Source of the DNA: a virus
Taxonomy: Duplodnaviria > Caudoviricetes
Strand: one strand, 5' to 3'
IMG/VR virus record: IMGVR_UViG_3300033076_001536
Span: 1-25,071 of that record
Length of the DNA: 25,071 nucleotides
Part shown: piece by piece, positions 17,115-25,029 of the stretch
Layout of the letters: every line of letters starts with the position of its first letter
How positions within the stretch are numbered: position 1 is the first letter of the stretch
Program-made: the position numbers and the translations under genes
Notes under the pieces: generated by a model
The model's input: the letters and a program-made list of their open reading frames with translations, nothing else
Databases searched by the model: none
What the model was told of the DNA's origin: nothing

Positions 17115-17133
17115 TTGACTCCGCCCCTCCGGC
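17115..17133 (+). promoter_or_regulatory. TTGAC-C-rich upstream motif (representative copy)
   Basis: TTGACTCCGCCCCTCCGGC-ATG, nearly identical to TTGACACCGCCCCTGCGGCA-ATG at 4086; follows a terminator. Confidence 0.6.
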
Positions 17134-18888
17134 ATGAGTCAAATCACCTCCGAGATCATCCTCGATCCCACCAAGGCCATCAACCAAGCGGACGATGCCG
17201 CCAAGCAAATCACGTCCAAATTCGACAAGGCGCGCAATTGGTCGGATGATCTCGTCAAAACCGCCACTGCCAAAGGTGCGGCCATCGGAGGGAACGCTGG
17301 AATGGGCCTCCAGAAAGTAGCCCAGTTCGCCGACGATGCCCAGTACGGCCTCAAAGGCGTCACCAACAACATCTCCGACACCCTCATGGCCCTCGGCGCC
17401 GGAGCAGGCCTCGCCGGAGCAGCCACCATCGCCGCCGTCGGTATTCAGACCGTATTGATTCCCGCCCTGGAAAAACTCGCCTTTGGTGAAACAGAAGCCG
17501 CCCGCACCGCACGCCAGCAAGCCGCTGCCGAACTCGATGCCGCACAAGCAAAGCGGCGCCTTGCCGTTGAAACAAAAATTGCCGACAAAGCCCACAAAGA
17601 CTGGGAAACCCGCCTTTCCTCCAGCATCAGCACTGTCAAAGCCATCAACGCTGCCGTCACCGAAAGCATTTCGCGTCAGCAAGAATGGAATGATCTCAAG
17701 ACCTCCAACGCCAAAGCAAAAATCGAGGCTGAGGACATCCCAGAAATCGACCGCATCAAAAAGATCGCCGCCGCCGAAGCAGGAGCCATGGTGGAAAAAA
17801 ATCGCTTGGACCGCGTCGCCGGACAAACCACTGCAGCCAACCTCAACAAAGAATACGAGGCGCAACAAAAACTCTACAACGAAACGGCTCGCGCTTTCGG
17901 TGTCGCGTCTCAAGAGAGAGCGAGAATCCGCAAGCAGTCTGACGCGCTCGCAGGCGACAAAAACACGGAAAGCCAGAAAAAAGAATTAGAGGTTCAAGCT
18001 GAGGCATTTGAAAGGCAAATGGCCGAACTAAAAGCCAAAAAAGAGGAGCTAGGTAGCAGCCTCAAATCTCTCGAAGGCGATAGAAACTCCGCCAACAAAG
18101 CCTACGCAAAAGCTGTCGATGAACAAAAGATGCTAGATATTCGTTTGGAAACGAACACCATTCAATCCCAGCAAAAAATTAAGAAAATCCTCGAAGCAAC
18201 CGCCAAAGAGCGGGAGCAATCGTTTTCCGCCATTGCCGACATCGGAGCAGGCATGGCCAAAAAAGGAGACACAGCCGCTGGGAAATTCGACAAAGCCAAC
18301 GCCAAAGACGCAGACCTTGCGAGCGACCGCGCCGCCTTCGATGCAGAGCTCCAGATCCAATCCCTCCGCGCCAAAGGCCACGACCGCCAGGCCGACAAAT
18401 TGAAGAAAGAGCAGGCCATCATCAAAGAGACCCAAGCCCTCCTCAAAATGGGCTACACCGAACAGGAAGCCGCCGATCGCGCCCGCCGCAAAGCAGACTT
18501 GGATGATCCCCGCAAGACCAACTCCAGCCACCGCCTCACAGCCGAGGAAATGGCCGCCAAAGGCACCCGCACCAGCCACAACGGCCTCGGCTCCGCTAGC
18601 TTCTCAGGTCTCGATTATTTGGAAAAGGGGAAAGGGACATGGTTCGGTAAAGGCCGAGTCGGCGACCAAAACTTCGCCCGCCTCGACGCCATGGCCGCCC
18701 GCCAAAAAGAATCCGATGCCGCCCGGCAGCCCCGCATCACCGACATTTCCAAGGGCCCCAAATCCGAAAACAACATCCTCGTCGACGGCCTCGCCAGCAC
18801 CACCAAAGAGCTCGCCGCCCTCCGCGAAATCATCGCCCCCCTCGTCAAAAAATACAACGCATCGGATCTCAATCAAAAGCCCCAGTAG
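17134..18888 (+). CDS. Tape measure protein
   Basis: 584 aa Ala/Lys/Glu/Gln-rich helical protein; QFADDAQYGLKGVTNNI plus hydrophobic Gly/Ala segment; follows the G/GT pair. Confidence 0.85.
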   Translation: MSQITSEIILDPTKAINQADDAAKQITSKFDKARNWSDDLVKTATAKGAAIGGNAGMGLQKVAQFADDAQYGLKGVTNNISDTLMALGAGAGLAGAATIAAVGIQTVLIPALEKLAFGETEAARTARQQAAAELDAAQAKRRLAVETKIADKAHKDWETRLSSSISTVKAINAAVTESISRQQEWNDLKTSNAKAKIEAEDIPEIDRIKKIAAAEAGAMVEKNRLDRVAGQTTAANLNKEYEAQQKLYNETARAFGVASQERARIRKQSDALAGDKNTESQKKELEVQAEAFERQMAELKAKKEELGSSLKSLEGDRNSANKAYAKAVDEQKMLDIRLETNTIQSQQKIKKILEATAKEREQSFSAIADIGAGMAKKGDTAAGKFDKANAKDADLASDRAAFDAELQIQSLRAKGHDRQADKLKKEQAIIKETQALLKMGYTEQEAADRARRKADLDDPRKTNSSHRLTAEEMAAKGTRTSHNGLGSASFSGLDYLEKGKGTWFGKGRVGDQNFARLDAMAARQKESDAARQPRITDISKGPKSENNILVDGLASTTKELAALREIIAPLVKKYNASDLNQKPQ

Positions 18889-18972
18889 CAGAGCGGGCAA
18901 GATTAGCCCCATTCGACCTATTAGCCCTATCCCACCACGCACGCCCTTTGACTTCTCTCCCATCACAGAGAG

Positions 18973-19686
18973 ATGCAAAACGTCCATTCCCACTACCGCG
19001 CCGGATTCAACAACCAAACGTACCAATTCATTGGCACGCGCGGAGTCCCGCGCAGCGTCTCCGGCCTTGCCACCTTCCAAGAAAAAGTAGCCTGGCGCGG
19101 CACCTTCGCCTGGATGGCCAACACCGCCTTCCCCATTGGGAAAAAGCATCCTAACTCCAACTACCCCTACTTCTTCGCCCAGCAACTCCTCGGCGATATC
19201 GTCCCCTCTTGGACCGGGGAAGTCTGGCAAGGCACCCTGGAATTCGCCGGCGTCTTCAATCCCGGGAAAACCATGGTTTCCGAAGAAATCGGCACCTACA
19301 TCCAAGGCAAAGCCTTCCCCAAAATCGCCGGCGGCACCTACGGCACGCCCAGCATCATTCTCCCCGGCCGCACCAGCAACGTCAACGACTCGCAGGTCAA
19401 CCAGCTCGTCCCCAGCTACAGCCGCAGCTACATTTCCACCACCGCTCCAGAGCTCCCATTCGTCGATTCCTTCGGCGTCGAAACCAAGCCCCTCGGCTGG
19501 GTTGCCCCCATGACCCCAGCCGCCCTAACGTGGCTTTTCCCCCAGTACGCCACCTACACCTATCCCAACGGTTGGTATCTCGCATCCCGCACGACCAAGC
19601 AAATGCGCCTCTCCGACGGCACCCTCATCCCCCTCTACGACGTCTCCGAACAATGGCTCTACGTCCCCGCCGCCTCCACCCTCTGA
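18973..19686 (+). CDS. Putative tail-tip/distal tail protein
   Basis: 237 aa aromatic, beta-rich; directly after the tape measure gene. Confidence 0.55.
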   Translation: MQNVHSHYRAGFNNQTYQFIGTRGVPRSVSGLATFQEKVAWRGTFAWMANTAFPIGKKHPNSNYPYFFAQQLLGDIVPSWTGEVWQGTLEFAGVFNPGKTMVSEEIGTYIQGKAFPKIAGGTYGTPSIILPGRTSNVNDSQVNQLVPSYSRSYISTTAPELPFVDSFGVETKPLGWVAPMTPAALTWLFPQYATYTYPNGWYLASRTTKQMRLSDGTLIPLYDVSEQWLYVPAASTL

Positions 19687-19731
19687 CCTCTGACCTCTGA
19701 CCTCTGACCTCTGACCTCTGACCTCTGACCT
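19683..19731 (+). repeat. (CTGACCT)7 array
   Basis: Seven perfect units; the first contains the upstream gene's TGA. Confidence 0.95.
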
Positions 19732-19787
19732 CTGATTTCCGTCTTCCTAACTTTCTCACTCTCTAACTCCCTCACTCCCTTTCCGCC

Positions 19788-20303
19788 ATGTCCCTCCTCT
19801 CCGCCTCCATCGCCATCGCCCCCGTCCTCCAGCTCACCACCACCGACGCTACAAATTACATCGACGTCGGCGCCCCCTCCCAATACGATCTCCAGATCGA
19901 CGACCTCACCTACAAAGCCGACGTCATCAACTACCGCGGAAATGACATCGTCGCAGATCTCAGCAGCAGCAGCTCCGCCTTCGCAGGTTTCACCTTCCGC
20001 AACGACTTCGGTGTCTCCTTCGGCACTGCCAGAGGATTCTCCCTCATCCGCATCAAAGTCACCCGCGTCACCGGCTCCGCCTCACCAGATCTCGCTCACC
20101 CCGTCTCCATCGTCCTAACTGGCCCCGGCCTCCCAGCCTTCACCGTCGATGTCGTCGCCCCCCAAGAATTCGTCTTCATCCAACCAATCGGTTCCCTGGC
20201 AGATCTCAACGCCACCACCAGCCACATCGCCGCCACCGTCCCTGTCGAGAATCAAGGCATCCTCGCCCTCCACATCCAACTCCACGCCTGGAAAGACGCC
20301 TAG
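19788..20303 (+). CDS. Putative virion structural protein
   Basis: 171 aa beta-rich; C-biased codons. Confidence 0.65.
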   Translation: MSLLSASIAIAPVLQLTTTDATNYIDVGAPSQYDLQIDDLTYKADVINYRGNDIVADLSSSSSAFAGFTFRNDFGVSFGTARGFSLIRIKVTRVTGSASPDLAHPVSIVLTGPGLPAFTVDVVAPQEFVFIQPIGSLADLNATTSHIAATVPVENQGILALHIQLHAWKDA

Positions 20304-20330
20304 TGGCGGGGGCATTCTGCCCCCAAGCCC
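20303..20330 (+). repeat. REP-like palindrome, copy 6
   Basis: Identical to copy 1; overlaps the TAG stop. Confidence 0.85.
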
Positions 20331-20355
20331 AGCACCGCATACCCACCGCGCACGC

Positions 20356-20397
20356 CTGACCTCTGACCTCTGACCTCTGACCTCTGACCTCTGACTC
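20356..20397 (+). repeat. (CTGACCT)5 + CTGACTC array
   Basis: Runs directly into TTGACTCCC at 20402. Confidence 0.92.
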
Positions 20398-20458
20398 CTG
20401 ATTGACTCCCTCCCTCCACTAAATCCTCGCAACCCTCACCTCTCACCTCCCAACTTTT

Positions 20459-20968
20459 ATGAGCAAATTCATCTTTTCCACATCCGCCCTCCTCGATTAC
20501 AACGCCTTCGATCCCGCAGGCTCCCGGCCCCGATTAAACATCAGTCTGGAGACCCGCGCCGAAGCCCGTGATGCCCTCGATAACGACTCCCTCACCAACG
20601 GCCTCGTTTTCAAGGAATACAAAAACCGCACCACCGACGTTTCCGTTCAACTCAGCGCCACTACCGGCGTAGCCCTCGAAGACATCGCCTTTCAGACTGT
20701 TCGCTTCGCGCAAGTCAACATTGTCAAAACCGCCACCGTCACCACCGGCACCGTCTCCATCACCATCCCGCAATTCGGCATCACCAGCGGCACCCTCAAC
20801 TTCGGCAGCACCAACTACGACGATCTCCCCATCGGCGCCGTCCTCCACAGCCTCAGCGGCTACAACGCCAAAGGCGTCGCCGTCGGAGCCACCGCCGTCA
20901 CCGCAGACTTCACCACCCCCGTAGGCTTCGCCGCCAACATACTCTACATCGGCGACACCGCAGATTAA
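20459..20968 (+). CDS. Putative virion structural protein
   Basis: 169 aa Thr/Val/Gly-rich. Confidence 0.65.
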   Translation: MSKFIFSTSALLDYNAFDPAGSRPRLNISLETRAEARDALDNDSLTNGLVFKEYKNRTTDVSVQLSATTGVALEDIAFQTVRFAQVNIVKTATVTTGTVSITIPQFGITSGTLNFGSTNYDDLPIGAVLHSLSGYNAKGVAVGATAVTADFTTPVGFAANILYIGDTAD

Positions 20969-20976
20969 TCCGAGCT

Positions 20977-21018
20977 CTGACCTCTGACCTCTGACCTCTG
21001 ACTCCTGACTCCTGACCT
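20977..21018 (+). repeat. CTGAC(CT/TC) x6 array
   Basis: Four CTGACCT and two CTGACTC units. Confidence 0.92.
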
Positions 21019-21027
21019 CTCCCTCCC

Positions 21028-21288
21028 ATGGCCAAAGAAAAATTCCTCACCGGCATCCCCGAAACCTCCGACACCGAAAAAGACCGTCTCGGTAAACTCG
21101 CCAACGGCATCGCCGTCCCACCCGCCGACTACGTGGCCTACACCTACCTCGGCAGCACCAACAACATCGCCACCGCAGTCTACAAGATCGGAGGCAGCGG
21201 AGGCACCACCGTCGCAACCCTCACCTTCACCTACGTCGATGACGGTGCCGCCGATGACGACAAGATCGAATCCATCGCCCTCACCTAA
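21028..21288 (+). CDS. Small virion protein, probable fibre anchor/base
   Basis: 86 aa; P.DYV..TY...YK.GGSGGT.VATLT.TY pattern, which I recall from small proteins upstream of fibre genes. Confidence 0.55.
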   Translation: MAKEKFLTGIPETSDTEKDRLGKLANGIAVPPADYVAYTYLGSTNNIATAVYKIGGSGGTTVATLTFTYVDDGAADDDKIESIALT

Positions 21289-21330
21289 CTGACTTCTGAG
21301 GCTCTGACTCCTGCCCTCTGACTCCTGCTC

Positions 21331-22668
21331 ATGCGCTTCAATCCCCTCACCGGAAAAATCACTTACGGACCCGCCCCCGGCTCCAGCCGCCCGGCGCCGC
21401 GCTTCGAGCAAATTTCCGGCAAGGTGGATTTTAGCCGCCGTCAAAGCTCCGGCCCCGTTCCTTCGCTGGATCTAAACTTCGCCCTCGGTTCCTTCGCTGC
21501 CGCCCGCGGACCACTGCCAACCTTCAGCCGTGCCTCTGCGGCAACGTATGTCGGATCCGACGGATTGATCGCCTCCGCGACAACGAACACGCCCCGGATT
21601 GATTATGATCCTGTGAATTTGGAGTGCCGTGGGTTGCTGATGGAGCCTGCTGCAACGAATGAGTTTTCAGATTCAAATTTGGCTAGTGGTTGGGCTCCTT
21701 CTGGAGTAACGAATTCTAGTGCTGGAACCTCCCCGGCAGGTTTCACGGCTGTAAAATTGACTGAGTCAGCAACAACTCAGGCGCATTTCATTTACTCCAC
21801 GGAAATCACTACTGGCAGTGGATCTCGGCGTGTGTTTTCGATTTACGCAAAATCTGGAGAGCGCAGTGTGATTGGTGTAGCATTTTCGAATGCAGGCGAT
21901 CGTGGGATTTTCGTCGATTTGGATACCGGGGAAAAAGTGGGCGATGTGGTAACAGCGCCTGATTCGTTCGATATTCAAAACGCTGGGAATGGTTGGTGGC
22001 GCATCTCAATTTGTCAGGATGGATCAAACAACGGTTACCCGTTTTTGCTGCTTTCATCCACAGCATCCGCAAGTGATCGAATCAGTTATGCAGGGGATGG
22101 AACCAGCGGGCTTTATGTTTACGGAGCTCAATGTGAAGCGTCCGCGCTCACTTCGTTAATTGTAACGTCAGGCTCATCCGCCACACGGGCGGCGGATGTC
22201 TGCTCCATCAGTGGATCGGATTTCAGCGGTTTTTACAACGCCGCGGCTGGCACAATCGTAATCGACGCAACAATTCTAGGAGACTTGCCATCGGGTTATC
22301 CGCAGCAACTGGCCATCGGGGCAACTTCTGGGAGTGATGCTTTCCTTTTGTTCAGAGGTGTAGCGGAGACTAATTTCTTTAGCCGAGTCGTGTCGTCGAG
22401 TTCTGTAGTGGCTCAGGTGACATCAACGGAATCTTTTGATAGGAGGATTCGCGGGATTTCTTACAATGCTGCTGGAGTGTCATTCGCCATCAATGGGGCT
22501 GTCACCACGGAAGGGGCGGTGGCTTTACCTGTGGGGGTTACTGAAATGTCAATCGGCTCCAGTCTACCCGCTGGCACTGGAGCAGTCGATAGCCTCATAA
22601 TTCAGAGGATTCGTTACTACCAAACGCGCATCTCGGATGCTCAACTCCTAGCCCTAACCACTCCATGA
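21331..22668 (+). CDS. Head-spike/fibre protein with carbohydrate-binding-like domains
   Basis: 445 aa; PSLDLNF, TFSRAS.ATY..DG, PRIDYDP...GLL.E...TN, GNGWWRIS, TRAAD, IRYY..R.SDAQL.ALT motifs. Confidence 0.78.
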   Translation: MRFNPLTGKITYGPAPGSSRPAPRFEQISGKVDFSRRQSSGPVPSLDLNFALGSFAAARGPLPTFSRASAATYVGSDGLIASATTNTPRIDYDPVNLECRGLLMEPAATNEFSDSNLASGWAPSGVTNSSAGTSPAGFTAVKLTESATTQAHFIYSTEITTGSGSRRVFSIYAKSGERSVIGVAFSNAGDRGIFVDLDTGEKVGDVVTAPDSFDIQNAGNGWWRISICQDGSNNGYPFLLLSSTASASDRISYAGDGTSGLYVYGAQCEASALTSLIVTSGSSATRAADVCSISGSDFSGFYNAAAGTIVIDATILGDLPSGYPQQLAIGATSGSDAFLLFRGVAETNFFSRVVSSSSVVAQVTSTESFDRRIRGISYNAAGVSFAINGAVTTEGAVALPVGVTEMSIGSSLPAGTGAVDSLIIQRIRYYQTRISDAQLLALTTP

Positions 22669-22985
22669 GAGATCTTTACCTGAGATTTCCTAGCCGCGAA
22701 ACTGCCGTTGCGCTCGCCGAGCAATTCGGGCTCTACGTAATGGATTCGCAGGGAGAAGAGCGTCTCGTTTCAGCCTCGCACCAAATGGCAATCGATGTCG
22801 TCGGCACAGTTTACGAACCAACGGGCAACATGGTCACCCACAACGGCATGACATCCCCAGAAATGGCCGCTGTGACCGGCTGGCATATCAACATCCGCGT
22901 TCTGGATGATGCCTTTCCCATCCCGGAAATCATCAATCAATTTCTCATCACCCCTGGCCCAACGCATCGGCGCTGGGCTGCTTAA
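22665..22985 (+). CDS. Fibre-associated small protein
   Basis: 106 aa, ATGA overlap with the fibre gene; D.YLRF, IDVVG.VY.PTG, GWH.N.R motifs. Confidence 0.7.
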   Translation: MRDLYLRFPSRETAVALAEQFGLYVMDSQGEERLVSASHQMAIDVVGTVYEPTGNMVTHNGMTSPEMAAVTGWHINIRVLDDAFPIPEIINQFLITPGPTHRRWAA

Positions 22986-22994
22986 TTTCGAACC

Positions 22995-23264
22995 ATGGAC
23001 GTCTCCGACACCATCATCATCGGACTACTCACCGGCGCCGGCACCGTCATCGCGGCCCTCGCCAAGATCCAATATAACAACCTGCAAAAGCAGGTCATCG
23101 AGATCACGGCCCGCTGCGCCAAGCTAGAAGCCCGGTGCGACATCGCAGATGCCAAAAATGACGAGCTGAGCAAGGAAAATGCCGTTCTAAAAGTGAAGGA
23201 GGAGCAACTCGAATCCTGCCCGGTTCCCAATTGCCACTGGAGAGTAAAGAAGCTCGGAGTTTGA
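22995..23264 (+). CDS. Membrane-anchored coiled-coil protein (i-spanin- or holin-like)
   Basis: 89 aa; one N-terminal TM segment, coiled coil, several Cys. Confidence 0.55.
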   Translation: MDVSDTIIIGLLTGAGTVIAALAKIQYNNLQKQVIEITARCAKLEARCDIADAKNDELSKENAVLKVKEEQLESCPVPNCHWRVKKLGV

Positions 23265-23282
23265 CATTCGCCCCGGAGTGTC

Positions 23283-23852
23283 ATGCAACACACACTCCAA
23301 CAAATCCTGCAGCTGGTTTCCAAGCCTGGCTACAAAACCTCAGAAGGCCAGCTCACCGGCATCCTCGTCTCCGGAGCCGTCCTCACCATCGGAGGAGCCA
23401 TCAACAAATGGCTCGAAACCAAAACGTCCTCCGATGCCCCCGCCTTCCTCATCGCCATCGCCCTCCTCGTCATCCTCTTCGCCTGCAAGTGGTATAGCGA
23501 GCACAGATCCGACATTAAAGGCGAGCTCGGCAAGCTCCTCAACAACCCCATGTTAGTGGAGATCATCAAGCACGTCGAAACCCAGATCATCGACCAAGCC
23601 CAAACGCGCATCCCCATTCCCGGCGCCATCCCCATCGAGCCCCGAGAGCGCCCCATCCGCCCCGTCTCATTCATGGAAGCAGCCACCGGCAAGCCCTCAG
23701 AGCCGCCCCCGGATCCGCCCAAACCCGGCAAGATCGAAATCCTCCGCTCCGGAGAGACCGAAATCCAAACCTTCGATAACCGGCAGCTGGCCTGTGATGA
23801 AGCAGACCGGCTCCGCAAAGAAGATCCAACCCTCAGAGTCTACGTCCTATGA
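23283..23852 (+). CDS. Probable holin with long soluble C-terminal tail
   Basis: 189 aa; KPGYKTSE motif followed by two hydrophobic segments; in the lysis cluster. Confidence 0.6.
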   Translation: MQHTLQQILQLVSKPGYKTSEGQLTGILVSGAVLTIGGAINKWLETKTSSDAPAFLIAIALLVILFACKWYSEHRSDIKGELGKLLNNPMLVEIIKHVETQIIDQAQTRIPIPGAIPIEPRERPIRPVSFMEAATGKPSEPPPDPPKPGKIEILRSGETEIQTFDNRQLACDEADRLRKEDPTLRVYVL

Positions 23853-24001
23853 AACTCACTGCCTTCCTCCTCCTGGCCGCCGCCATCCTCATCACCGCCC
23901 TCACCAGCGGCTGCCGCGGCCCCTACACCGGCCCACCCATCACCGGCTCACTCGAGTACCAAGGTCTCAAAGGCTCCATCACGGTCCACCCCACCAAATA
24001 A
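23849..24001 (+). CDS. Small lipoprotein, o-spanin candidate (absent from ORF track)
   Basis: 50 aa MKLTAFLLLAAAILITALTSG-CRGPYTGPP...; lipobox-like LTSGC; ATGA overlap with the upstream gene. Confidence 0.7.
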   Translation: MKLTAFLLLAAAILITALTSGCRGPYTGPPITGSLEYQGLKGSITVHPTK

Positions 24002-24045
24002 GCCCATAAGCCGAATTGGGCCTATTGGCCCCAAATCCGCCCGCC

Positions 24046-24351
24046 ATGAAAAAATGCTTCACCATCCTCGCCTGGGCCATCCTCCCAGGGGCATTCACAC
24101 TCCTCTGCTGCATCCTCGTAATCGACTACATGCCGCCCATGGACACCGACGAATCCTCCTTCGCCCGCTCCGAATCCATCGACCTCTGCGGCCAGCCCCA
24201 GGACGAACCATCCGACGAAAACGAGGACATCGAAGACCCACCCCAAACCTGGGCCGAAGCCCACTGCGCCCCCCACCACTACAAGCCCCCCGAGGCACTA
24301 GTCCCCGATCGCTGGCACCCAGCAAATACTCTCCTCAGCCAAAAGCCCTGA
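24046..24351 (+). CDS. Membrane-anchored acidic protein
   Basis: 101 aa from ATG 24046; N-terminal TM segment, Asp/Glu-rich region. Confidence 0.55.
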   Translation: MKKCFTILAWAILPGAFTLLCCILVIDYMPPMDTDESSFARSESIDLCGQPQDEPSDENEDIEDPPQTWAEAHCAPHHYKPPEALVPDRWHPANTLLSQKP

Positions 24352-24404
24352 CCTTCCGTCCTCCGTCCTCCGTCTTCTGACCTCTGACCTCTGACCTCTG
24401 ACTC
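24348..24404 (+). repeat. Mixed heptamer array: CTGACCT, (TCCGTCY)3, (CTGACCT)3, CTGACTC
   Basis: First unit contains the upstream TGA; the array ends 10 nt before the endolysin ATG. Confidence 0.9.
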
Positions 24405-24414
24405 ACTTCTTCCC

Positions 24415-24981
24415 ATGACCACTGACCAAATCAAAGCCATCCAATCCCGCATCGGAGTCAACCCCGACGGCTTCTGGGGACCAGTCTCCACCGTAGTCTG
24501 CAAAAAGCATCTTCGCTCTCTCATGCCCAGCCCCAATCCATGGCCCGCTGCAGACCGCGCCTCCATGATCGTCTACTACGGGCAGCCTGGCGACGAATCA
24601 CAACACGTCGCCCTCAACGTCGAAGGACTCGGCATCGCCTACGAAGGAGTCGCCAAGAAAACCATTCGTTGCCACCGCAGAATTCAATACCCACTCCTTC
24701 GCGTTTTTGAGGCCCTCGCCAAAACTCCCGAGGGCAGACAAATCCTCTCCCGCTTCGATGGCTGCTACAATAACCGCCCCATGCGCGGAGGCACCTCCAC
24801 CAGCATTCACGCCTGGGCCGCCGCCGTCGATTTCGACGCCGGCAACAACGGAAACCTAACTCACTGGCCCGCCGTCGCCACCATGCCATTCAGCGTCATC
24901 GAATCCTTCGCCCGCGAAGGTTTCCTCTCCGCCGGAGCCTTCTGGGGCCGCGACGCCATGCACTTTCAAGCCACGCTCTAA
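24415..24981 (+). CDS. Endolysin, peptidase M15 family, with N-terminal peptidoglycan-binding motif
   Basis: 188 aa; IQ..IGV.PDG.WGP; YNNRPMRGG..TSIHAWAAAVD (SxHxxxxAxD); DAMHFQ. Confidence 0.92.
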   Translation: MTTDQIKAIQSRIGVNPDGFWGPVSTVVCKKHLRSLMPSPNPWPAADRASMIVYYGQPGDESQHVALNVEGLGIAYEGVAKKTIRCHRRIQYPLLRVFEALAKTPEGRQILSRFDGCYNNRPMRGGTSTSIHAWAAAVDFDAGNNGNLTHWPAVATMPFSVIESFAREGFLSAGAFWGRDAMHFQATL

Positions 24982-25029
24982 CCGCCGCCCGTTTCCAATC
25001 CCATTAGACCCATCAGCCCTATTGGCCCC

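Noticed and set aside
19788-20968. Paralogy of the 171-aa and 169-aa proteins
   Set aside because: Only one weak match (SFGTARGFSLIRIKVT / AFQTVRFAQVNIVKT); insufficient without profile alignment.
3140-24045. Longer upstream starts in the ORF track (3140, 5377, 5747, 14570, 24016)
   Set aside because: Extensions overlap other genes, hairpins or repeat spacers; downstream ATGs fit the local start context better.
11327-24404. Heptamer arrays or REP copies as a CRISPR array
   Set aside because: No unique spacers of regular length; copies are kilobases apart; no cas genes.
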